NCBI GenBank assembly: GCA_003344405.1
Contig: NOWV01000240.1
Coordinates: forward strand, 1 to 64,000
DNA: 64,000 nucleotides
Reading direction: 5' to 3'
Source: Trichoplax sp. H2
Lineage: Eukaryota
Part shown: positions 12,202 to 24,858 of the stretch, in pieces
How positions within the stretch are numbered: position 1 is the first letter of the stretch
Layout of the letters: each line of letters opens with the position of its first letter
Program-made: the position numbers and the translations under genes
Notes under the pieces: generated by a model
Told to the model about the DNA's origin: nothing
The model's input: only the letters and a program-made list of their open reading frames with translations
The model's database searches: none

Positions 12202-14625
12202 CTAGTTAACATATACACGTTTAGCTCTATTCATTTTACAAAATAAAATAACAGCTATTATTAATAGTAATCCGGACAATCCTGATAGAACAAATGTTGG
12301 AATCATGTATACGGACTCCGAAGAATGCGGTTTTATTGGAGTAGTTCTATTAGCCGGGGTTACTGTAGCATGAGTACGTTGCATAGCAATTTGTGGAAGA
12401 TACTGATTCCAAAAGGCTGTTTGCGTAGCAAAATGATTACTTGTAATTCGGAAATTGGGAGCAATCCATAAGTGCTGTCTTGTATCTTGTGTATATTTGA
12501 GCCACGTAATAGGAGAATTTAAATCTGTGGGGTTTCTAGAAATGTTATAAAGAGATAAAAATATATTTTATTTTAACTCTTTCACAATCGTATTAGACTA
12601 TCGCCTACTAATACGAAACTGGAAAAAATTTGCTTCTTATTTGTTTTAGCAACTGAAGACACTACATAGAATAATAGTTATTGTGGGTATAAAATAGTAA
12701 ACATCTATGAATACTTTATTTTATATAAAAAAGACATTAAAGCTATCGCTATTTTAAGTATGATCGGAAAATAAATGTGGTACTAATAATATAAATTAAT
12801 TATAAAATTTTAAACTAATTATATTCACCCGTTACGGATAAAACTGCCCCAATACGACATTATATGTCTGCTTAATTCTTGTTCTTCGGCGTTAAATGTT
12901 GTCGGAAATCCGGCTGGATTATCGACAGGATAACCGAAAACATAAGGTACTTCCATAGTATGAACTACCTTTAGATAAGCTGGTCGGTACGTCCCACTAG
13001 TACGATGAGCAAATATATAGTTAAAAGTCGGTACATATCGAGAAAATTGTTCTGCATAATACTCGTTAGGTATAGCAAAGACGAAATCGTTAAATAATTC
13101 TCCATATTGATCTCGATTCGATATCGGCGAATTAAAATTAGACCAATTTGTATACTGATATTGTATCGATAATTTTACACGTTGACTTGCAAACGGAAAG
13201 GCGTTGTTAGTAATAGCTATGAAACCTTGACGTGGTATTCCTTGTGCAACACTTCCAGGGTTAGGTAAACCAAGAAGACCGAAATAGCCATCATTTAATG
13301 TAGTACCCATCATAATACTAACTTTATGAAATCTTCCCGCTGGTATAGCTGTATGTAAGGCTTCTCGTATAGTACTGGCATCAGCAACAGGAAAGCTAAG
13401 AGCAATATTATTTGGTCGTTGAATATTTTGGAGACTTATTAACTGCTGTACAGTTAATGCTTGTAGACATTTGACGATTAGTGATGTTGTATTTCTTGTA
13501 CAGTTAGCTGCCGAACTAAATCGTTGAAAAGACTTCTTCGCGTTAGCAAGAGTTATTGGAAATAATGTACGTGATTTGATGTACGATGGTATTGCTCCGT
13601 AAGAACCACTTTGAGATATTACACCTCTAAATAATCCTTTACTAGAAGGCATAACTACGTGGTATATGTTATGTATGATAGACTGGTAATGTCTAGGAAT
13701 TAGGGCAGATACATTGCATAGCTGCCTAACTGATAAGATAACCGTATGATACTAATATCGTAACTGTATTGATACGTTCACTAGTAATTTACTAATACGT
13801 ATGTAATATACAGTATATATCACTTGTGGGAAAGGCAACCCACAATAAAGAAGTGGACTCCACGCATCAGGCTACTTTGCTATGTCTAACCGAGCATTGC
13901 ATGATTGACCTAGGGTCGCGATAGAGAACATAACGGTATATAGCAGATGAACCGCCTGCTGAATTTCCAGCTAACGTAATAAAATCTGGATTACCTCCAA
14001 AATTTTCAATATTATCTTTTACCCATTGCAGTGCAAGACTTTGATCTTTTAAACCATTATTAGCTAGTATAGCTCTTTTAGCAATGTCTTCTTCGCCGGA
14101 TGTCATAAAACCTAGAATACCTATTCGATAGTTAATAGTAACTACGACGATATCTTCATGAGCAGCTAAGATTTGACCACCCCATCGTGCTCCTGAACCA
14201 CCACGGTATCCACCACCATGGATGTAAAACAATACAGACATATTCCCAGCTCTAGAAGGATTAGAAGTGAATATGTTTAGGTATAAACAGTCTTCGCTAG
14301 TTTTACTGGCTAGTGAGTTCGGTTCAGTATAAAAGTCTAACGGAAGTCTCTGAGGACATGTATATTGACATTGTGTAGCATTTAAGACGCCATTCCAAGA
14401 TTTGACTGGTACAGGCGGTTTAAATCGTAATTCATTAATAGGTGGTTGAGCGTACGGAATACCAAAATAGGCGAATTGAGTTCGATCGTTCGTTATAATC
14501 GTTTTTCCACTAACTAAACCGTTTTTCGTAGGAATAATAAGTTGTGCATTCGAAAATGGCATTATAATAGCCAACACTATAATAAAGCATGCTAAGATTT
14601 GAAATATAAGATATCTTAAAGCCAT
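12202..14625 (-). pseudogene. C3: carboxylesterase paralog of C2 interrupted by an insertion in exon 1 (exon1 14625-12829, exon2 12535-12202); otherwise intact
   Basis: ORFs 14625-13867 and 13652-12825 are colinear halves of a C2-like protein separated by 274 extra bp; triad GNSAG/NDG/VHTME intact; GG|GTGAAT donor, CTAG|A acceptor; TM and tail RAKRVYVN. Confidence 0.85.
13667..13935 (+). mobile_element. 269 bp solo-LTR-like insertion with target-site duplication
   Basis: Flanked by GTATA (13662-13666 and 13936-13940), single-copy in paralog C2; termini TGTTATGT...ACATAACG; internal TATATAT (~13814) and AATAAA (~13844). An alternative reading is a 7-bp TSD GGTATAT with termini GTTATGT/ACATAAC. 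Confidence 0.8.
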
Positions 14626-14801
14626 GATGAATGCGACGTCTTTCTTAGGTGATTTGATTACGCCTATATGACTAAATTCTACTGAATATTAGTTAGTATT
14701 TTTTTGCATTCATCTTATTGATTAGCATAAATTAAGCCTGTTATAGTGCCTAATAAATTGACACATCTTACACTTTAACGTAAGTAAGAAATAAGACTAC
14801 C

Positions 14802-14828
14802 GTGGGTGTAGTTAGCAATACGGTCAAG
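14802..14828 (-). promoter_or_regulatory. Conserved upstream element of C3
   Basis: GTGGGTGTAGTTAGCAATACGGTCAAG, 177 bp upstream of ATG 14625. Confidence 0.6.
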
Positions 14829-15799
14829 TCAAGGAGGGTAGTTACTATGCTTAAGATTCTGTATAAGTTAGAGCGTTAACAATCCGTTAAATTTATTTAC
14901 TTTACGAACAAAAGCAACAGCATCTTTTTATAAATGAATCTAACGATTACGTTGTAACTGTATCGCCTTTAAATATTTATACAGGCGGAATCGCAGTAGA
15001 AAAGAACAGGCAATAATAAATATTTGTACTCAAACTCTTATGATTTTAACATAGATTATAACATAGACGTTAGGCTTAATTTTAATTGTTCATGAATCCG
15101 GAACAACTATTATGACGAAAGCAGCTGATGATACTGTCCATCAGCTGCATTTCTTCCCTTGAATTCATTACTTGGATAGGGGATATTTAAATTGGAATAT
15201 TTCAGTCTTGAATCTCGGAACTTATGCCAGATAGATTGTATTAACCGTGCAGTAATGTAGAAGTAAAAATTTATACGTGGCATTTTTTATTTCTTGTCGT
15301 AATATCGACCACCTATTACGTAAAAATATCCTATTATAATAGGATGTAATAGAGATTTCACCTTTGATTTTTAGTCTTTCAGAAAATAGTGATTTATCGT
15401 AAACAATGCATTCGCAAAAGTAAATCTAGCATTTATTTCGTTATCGCAATGATTAACATATGTGTATGAATAATAATATGTTAAACAAGGACATCACATG
15501 ATGTTCGCGTTAAGTAACTCGACAAACTGGAATAACTTAAGCAATACGATACTTGCCAGTAGCTCTAGAGTACGCTATTTAATCATTCGACATTATATAT
15601 ATAAAATTAAATATACTGTAGATTTGAATTTTTATCAATTAGTAATATCAACCAAATACTTACAGCCAAGCATATTAAATTTAAGGTCATAGATTTGCCC
15701 AATTTAAGCTTTCATCATTAAATAGAAGTGATGCGCTGGAGTAATAATCATTTTGGTATCAATGCGATCGAAAATCTAATTTTTTTATTCTGCATTGTA

Positions 15800-17926
15800 T
15801 TAGTTAACATATATCCGTTTAGCTCTATTGATTTTGTACGTTAAAGTTATAGCTATTATTAATAATATTCCAGATAATCCTGATAGGACAAATGTAGCAA
15901 TTATATACCCGGGCTCGGAAGATTGCGATATTTCTGGTATAGTTATTTTACTCGGAGTTGTTGTGGAATCAGTAACTTGCGCAGCAAGTTGAGGAAGATA
16001 CCGATTCCAGAAGGCCGATGCTATAGCAAAATAATTACTTTTAATTTGAAAATTAGGAGCAATCCATAAGTACTTTCTTGTATCTTGTGTAAATTTAGGC
16101 CATGTAATAGGAGAGCTTGAATCTGTTGGATTACTATAGAAAATAATAAGAAATTATAAAATTGATATCTTTTCATAAACAATTTTCCTAGTTACTAATA
16201 CAGTAATTAGAGTTTCAGAATTTGTACGTTTATTGGTTGTGCTAGAAAGGCAAATATTTGTGGTAGATAAAATATTTAAAAGCCATAAGAATTCTTTCTA
16301 TAATGAGCTGTATATTTAAATATTTCGATATTTATTATTGGTATTATTTAATTTGTAACGGTAACCATATATCGCTTAATTATAGAATTCTAACATCGGT
16401 ACTAACCCATTGCGAATAAAACTACCCCAGTACGACATGATATACTTGCATAAATCTTTTTCTTCAGCATTAAATGTTGTTGAATAATCAGCTGGCCTAT
16501 CGATTGCATAACCAAAAGCATATGGCATTTCCATACTATGCACTACCTTTAGATAAGTAGGTCTGAACGTGCCACTAGTACGATGAGCAAATATGTAGCT
16601 ATAGGTGGGTATATATCGAGAAAACTGATCGGCATAGTACTCATTTGGAAGTGCAAAAATAAAGTCGTTGATAATTTCTCCATATTGATCCCGATTCGAT
16701 ATCGGTGAATTAAAATTACTCCAATTAGTATATTGATATTGTATAGATAATTTTACGCCTTGGTTTGCAAAAGGAAAGGCATTACTAGTTATAGACATGA
16801 AATCTTGACGTGATATTCCCTTTGCAACATTAACTGAATTGGGTAACAAAACAAGACCGAAGTAGCCATCGTTTAATGTAGTGCCCATCATAACATTAGC
16901 TTTATGAAATCTTCCTGCTGGTATAGCCGTATGCAAGGCTTCTTGCACATTGCTGCCATCAGCAAAAGGAGAAATAAGAGCTGGATAATTTGATTGTAGG
17001 CTATATTGGAGATTTACTAACTGTTGTATGGTTAAAACTTGTAAACAATTGACAGTTTCTGACGCTGTACTTTTTGTACAGTTAGCTGCTGAACTAAATC
17101 GTTTAAAAGATATCTCAGCATCCTTTAGTGTTATTGGTAATGATATACGAGATTTAATAAATGATGGTATAGCTCCATAAGGTCCACTTTGAAAGATTGC
17201 ACCCCTAAATAATCCCTTACTAGAAGGCATAACCATATGATACATAGCGGATGAGGCACCCGCTGAATTTCCAGCTATTGTAATATGTTGTGGGTTACCT
17301 CCGAAATTTTCAATATTATCTTTTACCCATTGTAAAGCTAAACTTTGATCTAGTAGACCAAGATTAGCTTGGATAGCTCTTTGTTTAGTGTCTTCTTCAC
17401 CGGATGACATAAAACCTAGTACACCTAGTCGATAATTAATGGTAATCACGACTATGTCTTCATGAGCAGCTAATATTTGGCCGTGCCATCTTGCACCACT
17501 TCCACTGGTATATCCACCACCGTGAATAAATACTAAAACAGACATATTTCCAGTATTAGAAGGATTAGAAGTAAATATATTTAGATATAAACAATCTTCA
17601 CTAATTTGATTGCTTAATGACTTTGGATCAGTAGAATGTATTGGAAGTCGCTGAGGGCAACTATATTGATATTGTGTAGCATTTAAGACACCATCCCATG
17701 ATTTAATCGGTGCAGATGGTTTAAATCGTAGATAGTTCATAGGAGGTTGAGCGTAAGGAATACCAAGATAGGCGAATTGAGTTAAACCATTAGTTAGGAT
17801 TGTTTTTCCGCTAACGTAACCGTTGCTTGTTAAAATGATAAGTTGAGCATTGGAAGTTAACGATATCATAGCCACGACTACAATAAATAATGCTGACATT
17901 GAAGATATAATACACTTACAAGCCAT
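15800..17926 (-). CDS. C4: type-I membrane carboxylesterase (exon1 17926-16407, exon2 16133-15800; ~617 aa)
   Basis: HGGGY, GNSAG, GTTLNDG, VHSME; GG|GTTAGT donor, ATAG|T acceptor; exon 2 (absent from ORF track) reads NPTDSSSPITWPKFTQD...FWNRYLP...IATFVLSGLSGILLIIAITL...RAKRIYVN*. Confidence 0.92.
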
Positions 17927-18102
17927 GATGTGGAAAAATTTTTGACGATTTGTTTACGATCTCCTTATGCTTATGATCCTAATATTATGACTAAAATTTT
18001 AGCTATATTTATAATGGCGTAGTTCAGATGCGCAATATCACGTAAAAGTAGCTATGTATGCGTACTGTTCCTTGTTTTAACAAGCTACTTTTACCGTTTA
18101 TC

Positions 18103-18128
18103 GTGGGTGTACTAACAATATGGTTAAG
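18103..18128 (-). promoter_or_regulatory. Conserved upstream element of C4
   Basis: GTGGGTGTACTAACAATATGGTTAAG, 177 bp upstream of ATG 17926. Confidence 0.6.
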
Positions 18129-19689
18129 CAAAGAAGCGGGATTAATATGATCTGTTTCCTATCACTTAAAGGGGTTTAACATTCCATTAGATTTACTTAC
18201 TTTTCGGATAAAAATAATGCTAATGTCTATAAAATTAAAAGGTAAATTAGTGATTACGGTATTACAGATTACTCGTTAATACTATTTATACATCTGGAAA
18301 TTTAATAGAAAGTATTATAGCTAATAACTGATATTTATACTCGACTTTAAAGACACCGACACTCCAGGAATTTTCACAAGTCTTCTACGTAAATTATAAC
18401 TGAAATATTAACGATACTATTCTTTAAATACGTATATTGTAGAGTACTTAGTGATAGTGCTGTGTTGCATATTAGCGTATTTACATCATTTAAATCCTTA
18501 CTGATGAATATCAAACTATTTATAAACTTCAGAGCTTAAAATTGATGTCATCCTAGAAACAAAACGTCATTAAGTACCTACTTGATATGCATACACAATT
18601 TGATATTAACCATGTAGAGATTGACACAAAATATATTTAGTAGAATAATAGATGTTTGTAATATACTGTAAACTACAAACTACCTAATATTTAGATAGTT
18701 ACCGTAAAGCGGTGTGTACATCGTTGTAGAGAAACTTAAATAGTAATAGTACAGTACTACAGTAACTGTAACTGTTAAGATCGTGTGTAGAAATCAGCGA
18801 TATTTATAGCCTTTGAAATAGAGCTTGAGTATAAAGTAAGATTATTGAATCAGCTATAAGTACATTCCATTCCATATTAGTCTAGGTAATAGCAAATGGT
18901 TGTAAGTAGTAGCAAAGAGCTGTTAATACTAAAATTGTTAAATGTGACAATCTATATTGTGTGTAGCATGAAAGATTGTAACTAGTGCATATTTATTTAA
19001 AAACAAACCAAATCATAATCTTAATACACTGCAATATCTCTAACTTCCTAACTTAAAATGAAGCTAAAGATTATTGTAATATCTCTTATAAATCCATATA
19101 CCGCAAATATCGAATCGTCGTCAATTATTTTCATAGCCTTTAGTAGTGTAATTATCATAAGTATTGTTTTCATTTTATGAAACAGTATTTACTATAAATT
19201 TTTTGGTAAGGGATCACTTTTGTTTAATCTACTTTTCAAGAAGTAATATTAAAGAATTACACGAGGTAAATGATTGATAAAGTTTTTGCTACTAAGATTA
19301 GCTGGAGAACTTATTTATTTTATATAGTAACGTGATAGATAATTATATTTAAACGATTTCATTATTTCGTATAGGACCACCATCCTCCATATCAACTATA
19401 GGATATGCAAGTGTTTACTTGCAATATGCCAATCTAAACAGTATTTTCATATTCTATTTACGATCAAGAAAGGCGACATGTTTAACTATTTAAATTAAGA
19501 ATGTATCACTATTTACTTATAGATCTATTTTACTTACAAATTTCGCTTCATCGAACTATAAATTTTGGATACGTAATTTAAATTTTATTATTAATCTCGC
19601 GAATTTATTACGAACGTTATATCGTGTTCATTAACACTATCGATGATATGAATTAATTATAATAACGTAAAAATCAACATGAATGATAG

Positions 19690-20709
19690 ATCCATCTTGC
19701 TAAAAGTTACTAGGTATGAGTGTGTAAGCAAGGATAGGCATCAATTTTGGCTCATGTTAGTAATAACAAACGAAATACTTTTAATCAATACAATTAGTCG
19801 AGAAGTTCTATTAAATATTGTATAAATAGAATTCGTAAACATTGAATAATCTGTGATGTTGCATTTTGGTGTAATCAGCTACCGAACTAAATCGTTGAAA
19901 AACAATCTTAGCTCTAGCTAATGTCTGTGATAAATACGTTCTCGATTTAATGTATGGTAGAAGTATTCCATAAGGTCCACTTTGAGAGATTACGCTTCTA
20001 AATAATCCTTTACTGGAAGGCATCACTAGATAACAGATAGCAGATGAACCTCCTGCGGAATTTCCAGCTATCGTAATAAAGTTTGGGTTACCTCCAAAAC
20101 TTTCGATATTTTCCTTTACCCATTGTTATGCTAAACTATGATCTTGTAGACTAAGATTCACTGGAATATTTCTTTGATTACTACCTTCTTCGCCGGATGA
20201 CATAAAACTTAAAATATTTATTCGATAATTAATAGTAACTACGACGATACCTTAATTAGCAGCTAATATTTGACCAGGCCATTATGCTCCTGAACGATTG
20301 CATATCCGCCACCGAGGATGAAGACTAACACGGACATATTCCTAGCTATAGAAGGATTCGAGATAAAGATATTTAGAGATAGACAATCTTCATTAATTCG
20401 ACTCCTAAGTGATTTTGGATCAGTAAAAAGGACTGGAAGTTACTAGAGGCAACTGTATTGATATTCTGTAGCGTTTAAGACGCCTCTCCAAGATTCTACT
20501 GGCACTGGTGGTTTAAATCGTAATTGATTAATGGGTAGTTGGGCGCAAGGAATACCAAGATAAGTGAATTGAGTTAAATCACTAGTTAGAACTGTTTCCT
20601 CGCAACATAGCCGTTCTTTGTAGGAATGATAAGATGAGCATTAGAAATAGGGCATACTAAACCCACAATTGCAATAAAAGATGCCAACAATGGAGATATT
20701 TTAGGCCAT
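19690..20709 (-). pseudogene. C5: decayed carboxylesterase pseudogene (5' two-thirds of exon 1)
   Basis: Colinear with C2/C4/C6 but ATG GCC TAA at the start, TAG TAA in place of the QR of CPQR (20445-20440), TAA at 20128-20126, plus frameshifts; GNSAGG still visible; similarity fades after the LHT.IP region and no exon 2 was found. Confidence 0.9.
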
Positions 20710-21614
20710 AACGAAAGTCAATACTAAATACGACACGAATTTAGTAAGCGTATGCTACTGCAGATGTGGTAGAGATATTGACTACGTGGAATTCTCTTAG
20801 CACTATCATTAGTGAACTTAATTTAGAATCATTACGTAAATACATCAACAAATTTTGAGCTACATGCTACTTCAGTGAACGATAAGGAACGCTGCTTATG
20901 ACACAGTTAGCAGAATAGCTTTGTCTAGAAGTATGTTTGTTGCTACCAAGATTATCGGTTAAGGAGGACGTTGGACTCATTATATTTATTTAGTTTTCAG
21001 ATGAAAGTAATGTCAATTTTCAACGTACTTGTCCATCAATTGAATGACTACAGTCTCATTATTTAATTATTAAATCTTGCAAATATGCAATCACAATAAT
21101 AGACAATAGAGTATAAGCTTGAATGATAATTGTGTAATCAATTTTCATTATTATTAAGTAAATTATCGTTGAGAAATCAATAATAGATATTTATATGAAA
21201 GAGCATGAAGCCAAACAGATTTATCTTAAAAGATAAATGCAGGTGGCTACGATGTAATCTAAGCAACAGAAGTTATAAGATTTTAATATGTATGCGTATC
21301 ATAAATTTTCATTAATGCTAAAAAGTTTATTAGAGATCAAGGGGAAAATTTAGTAGGCTCTATAACTGATAATACATCTATTGTATCTATTACGTATGTG
21401 GATTTAGTAATAGGTTTAAATCTTAGCTCAAGTTAGTAATATCACACCGAACTAAAAATAACAATCTCTATTAAATGTGAAGATATAATTTATTACGATC
21501 TGGTACTTAACTTTAGTAATTTGGAGTGTATAAATAAATCTTAATGAATAGCATAGCGCAATGAAACTGTCATTACTGTTGAAGGTTGATTATAAATAGA
21601 ATTTTTATATTGTA

Positions 21615-23732
21615 TTACTTAACATATATACATTTTGCTCTATTAACTTTACAAAATAAAATCATAGCTATTATTAATAGAATTCCAGATATTCCTGATA
21701 GAACAAATGTAGCAATCATGTATGCAGATTCCGAAGAATGCGGCTTCTCTACTGTGGAAGCATTTGTCGGAGCTATTGTAGAATAAATAGTTTGTGAAGC
21801 GAGTTGAGGAAGATACTGATTCCAAAAGGCTGAATTTGCGGCAAGATAATTACTTTTAATTTGGAAATTGGGAGCAATCCACAAGTACTGCCTTGTATCT
21901 TGTGTATATTTAGGCCACATGATAGGAGAACGTAGGTCTGTCGGATTTCTGTAGAAAATAATGTAAGAAATTAATAGAATTTCTCTAATGTAATTTTAGT
22001 TAACGGTGCTGTATTGGAAGATGATAATTTGCATAAATTTATAGGCTATGCTGGTTATACTCAAAGAATAAATGTTTTAGGAATAGAACGTTATATAAAC
22101 TAACAATTTCTTTCAATTTTAAAAGCAATGCCTAAAGGCTTAGCTGAATTATTTATATTTTATTACACAGAAGCAAGCAACTAACTCCATAACAACGCAG
22201 CTCCAGCTGTAAGTTACTCACCCTTCTCGGATAAAACTACCCCAATACGAAAGAACATGTCTGCATAAGGTTACTTCTTCAGCATTAAATGTTGATGGAT
22301 ATTCGGATGGCTTATCAAGAGGATAACCTAACATATATGGTATTTCCATGGTATGTGCTACTTTTACGTAAGATGGCTGCCATGTACCACTAGTACGATG
22401 AGCAAATATATATTTATATGTAGGTACAAATCGAGACAACTGATCGGCATAATATATATTAGGAATAGCAAAGACGAAGTCGTTGAATAATTCTCCATAT
22501 TGATCTCGATTTGATATCGGTGAATTGGCATTACTCCAATTAGTATATCGATACTGTATAGATAATTTTACGCGTTGGCTTGCAAAGGGAAAAGAATTAT
22601 TAGTAGTAGATATAAAATTTTGGCGCGGTATTCCAGTTACAGCATTAGGCATAGAAGGAAGCCTGAAATAGCCATCATTTAACGTTGTACCCAACATAAT
22701 ATTAACTTTATGAAATCTTCCTGCTGGTATAGCTGTATGTAAAGCTTCTTGTACATTGTTACCATCAGCAACAGGAGATGTTAAAATACGATTTCTTGGT
22801 CGTAAAGTACTTTGAATATTTAATAACTGTTGTACAGATAAAGTCTTTAAGCACTCGACGATCTTTGATGTTATATTTTTTGTACAGTTCGCTAATGAAC
22901 TAAATTGCTGAAAAGATAACTTAGCTCTGGCCAAAGTATCCGGCATTGATGTACCCGATTTAATGTATGATGGTATGGTTCCATAAGGTCCACTTTGAAG
23001 GATTACACCTCTGAATAATCCTTTACTAGAAGGCATCACTAGATGATACATAGCGGATAAGCCACCTGCTGAATTTCCAGCTATGGTAATAAAATCTGGG
23101 TTACCTCCGAAATTTTCAATATTATCTTTTACCCACTGCAATGCTAAACTTTGATCTAGCAGGCCAAGATTAGCTTGAATAGTTCTTCGAGCACTATCTT
23201 CTTCACCTGATGTCATGAAACCTAGTACACCTACTCGATAATTAATAGTAACTACAACGATATTTTCATGAGCAGCTAAAATTTGACCTTGCCATTGTGA
23301 TCCTGAACCAAGCACATATCCACCGCCATGGATGTAAACTAACACTGACATATTTGCAACATTAGAAGGATTAGATGTAAATATATTTAGATATAGACAG
23401 TCTTCATTAATTTGACTACTTGATGATTTGGAATCAGTAAAACGTATTGGAAGTCGTTGAGGGCAACTAGACTGATATTGTGTAACATTTAAGACGCCTT
23501 TCCAAGACTTTACCGGTACAGGTGGTTCAAATCGTAATTGATTAATAGGAGGTTGAGCATAAGGAATACCAAGGTAGGCGAATTGAGTTAAGCTATTCGT
23601 TTTAATGGTTGTTCCCGTAACAAAACCGTAATTAGTAGGAATAATAAGTTGAGCATTAGAAATGGGAGACACTATGGCTATTATTATGGCGAAGGATATC
23701 AAAATATTAGATACAAAAAATTGTACAGCCAT
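21615..23732 (-). CDS. C6: type-I membrane carboxylesterase (exon1 23732-22222, exon2 21948-21615; ~614 aa)
   Basis: HGGGY, GNSAG, GTTLNDG, AHTME; GG|GTGAGT...ACAG|A; TM and tail RAKCIYVK. Confidence 0.93.
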
Positions 23733-23937
23733 GATGAAAAAATAATATCATATACGAATTTGATACAGCACACGTACGCTGCTAAATACTGCGTGACCAA
23801 ACTAGTTTATATGCGCAGTAGAATTTTACTAATAATAGCAATTGGAAAGTGTCATTGAATGTTATGTTTAAAAGTATGTATATCCATAAACCATGCGCGT
23901 TATGCTGGCTTGGTAAATGATAATTATTAATGTTGTC

Positions 23938-23964
23938 GTGGGTGTACTTGGCAATACGGTTAAG
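23938..23964 (-). promoter_or_regulatory. Conserved upstream element of C6
   Basis: GTGGGTGTACTTGGCAATACGGTTAAG, 206 bp upstream of ATG 23732. Confidence 0.6.
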
Positions 23965-24105
23965 TACGAGAGCGTGGTTAATATAATCAATATTTCCATT
24001 TTAGCAATGACATTGACAATTCGTTACATTTTTTTAGCATGATTACAATAAAAAATAATGGTGGCTTTTCATAATGGCGGCAAATTAAATGATTATTGCC
24101 GTTTT

Positions 24106-24858
24106 TTAATAAATAAGGAAATCTATTTTATGATCAATCTTTATAATTAGAAATTGTGCAAAGAATATATAAATTAGCTATGTCGGAAATACTCCATGAA
24201 GTCATGACCTCGCGAAATATGTTGGTAAAAATGATAGCTAACGTCATTTATGCGATTTACAGGGCATAAAACTTATAATTCTAAACTGAACTCCCGAGTA
24301 GAATATATGAATATTACAATCTTTACCTATTAATAGTTAGTATGATATCGGAGCTACTGTACATAAAAATGTTATAGTTTATGTAGCTCTTATTCTGCTG
24401 ATAATGGTGTGATATCATGGAAAGATAATTGTCGTACCGTAGGCATCTTTATTTTATTGACGTGTCTTATCATTGCCGCTCAAATTGGTGATTTGTGTAA
24501 TAATTATTGTGGCCTTGTTAATAAATAAGGAAATCTAACTTATGATCAATCTTAAGAATTAAAAATTCCCCCAAAATGCATAAACTAGGAATGCCGGAAA
24601 TATTTCCTTGCAGCCATATCTTCGCGAAATTTGTTGTTTAAGTGATTTACAGGCATAAAGCTTACAGTTTTAAACTGAGCTACTAACTAGAATATTATAA
24701 TCGTTATTGTTAATGGTTAGAATTTTGTCGGAGCCACTGTTCATAAAAATGTTGTAATTTATGCTGGCTTTATTCTACTGATAAAGGTAGTATCATGGAA
24801 AGATAATTGCCGTAGGCATTTTTATTTCATTGATTTGTCTCGCCATTCCTGCTCAAAT
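24106..24858. repeat. Diverged tandem duplication (~24106-24485 and ~24518-24858)
   Basis: Both copies run from TTAATAAATAAGGAAATCTA..TTATGATCAATCTT through CATAAAAATGTT and TATCATGGAAAGATAATTG to GCTCAAAT. Confidence 0.85.

Noticed and set aside
15110..15148. CGAAA...CTGATGA with a 10-bp hairpin as a hammerhead ribozyme
   Set aside because: Only 4 nt separate GAAA and CUGAUGA, so stems I and III cannot form; simple hairpin
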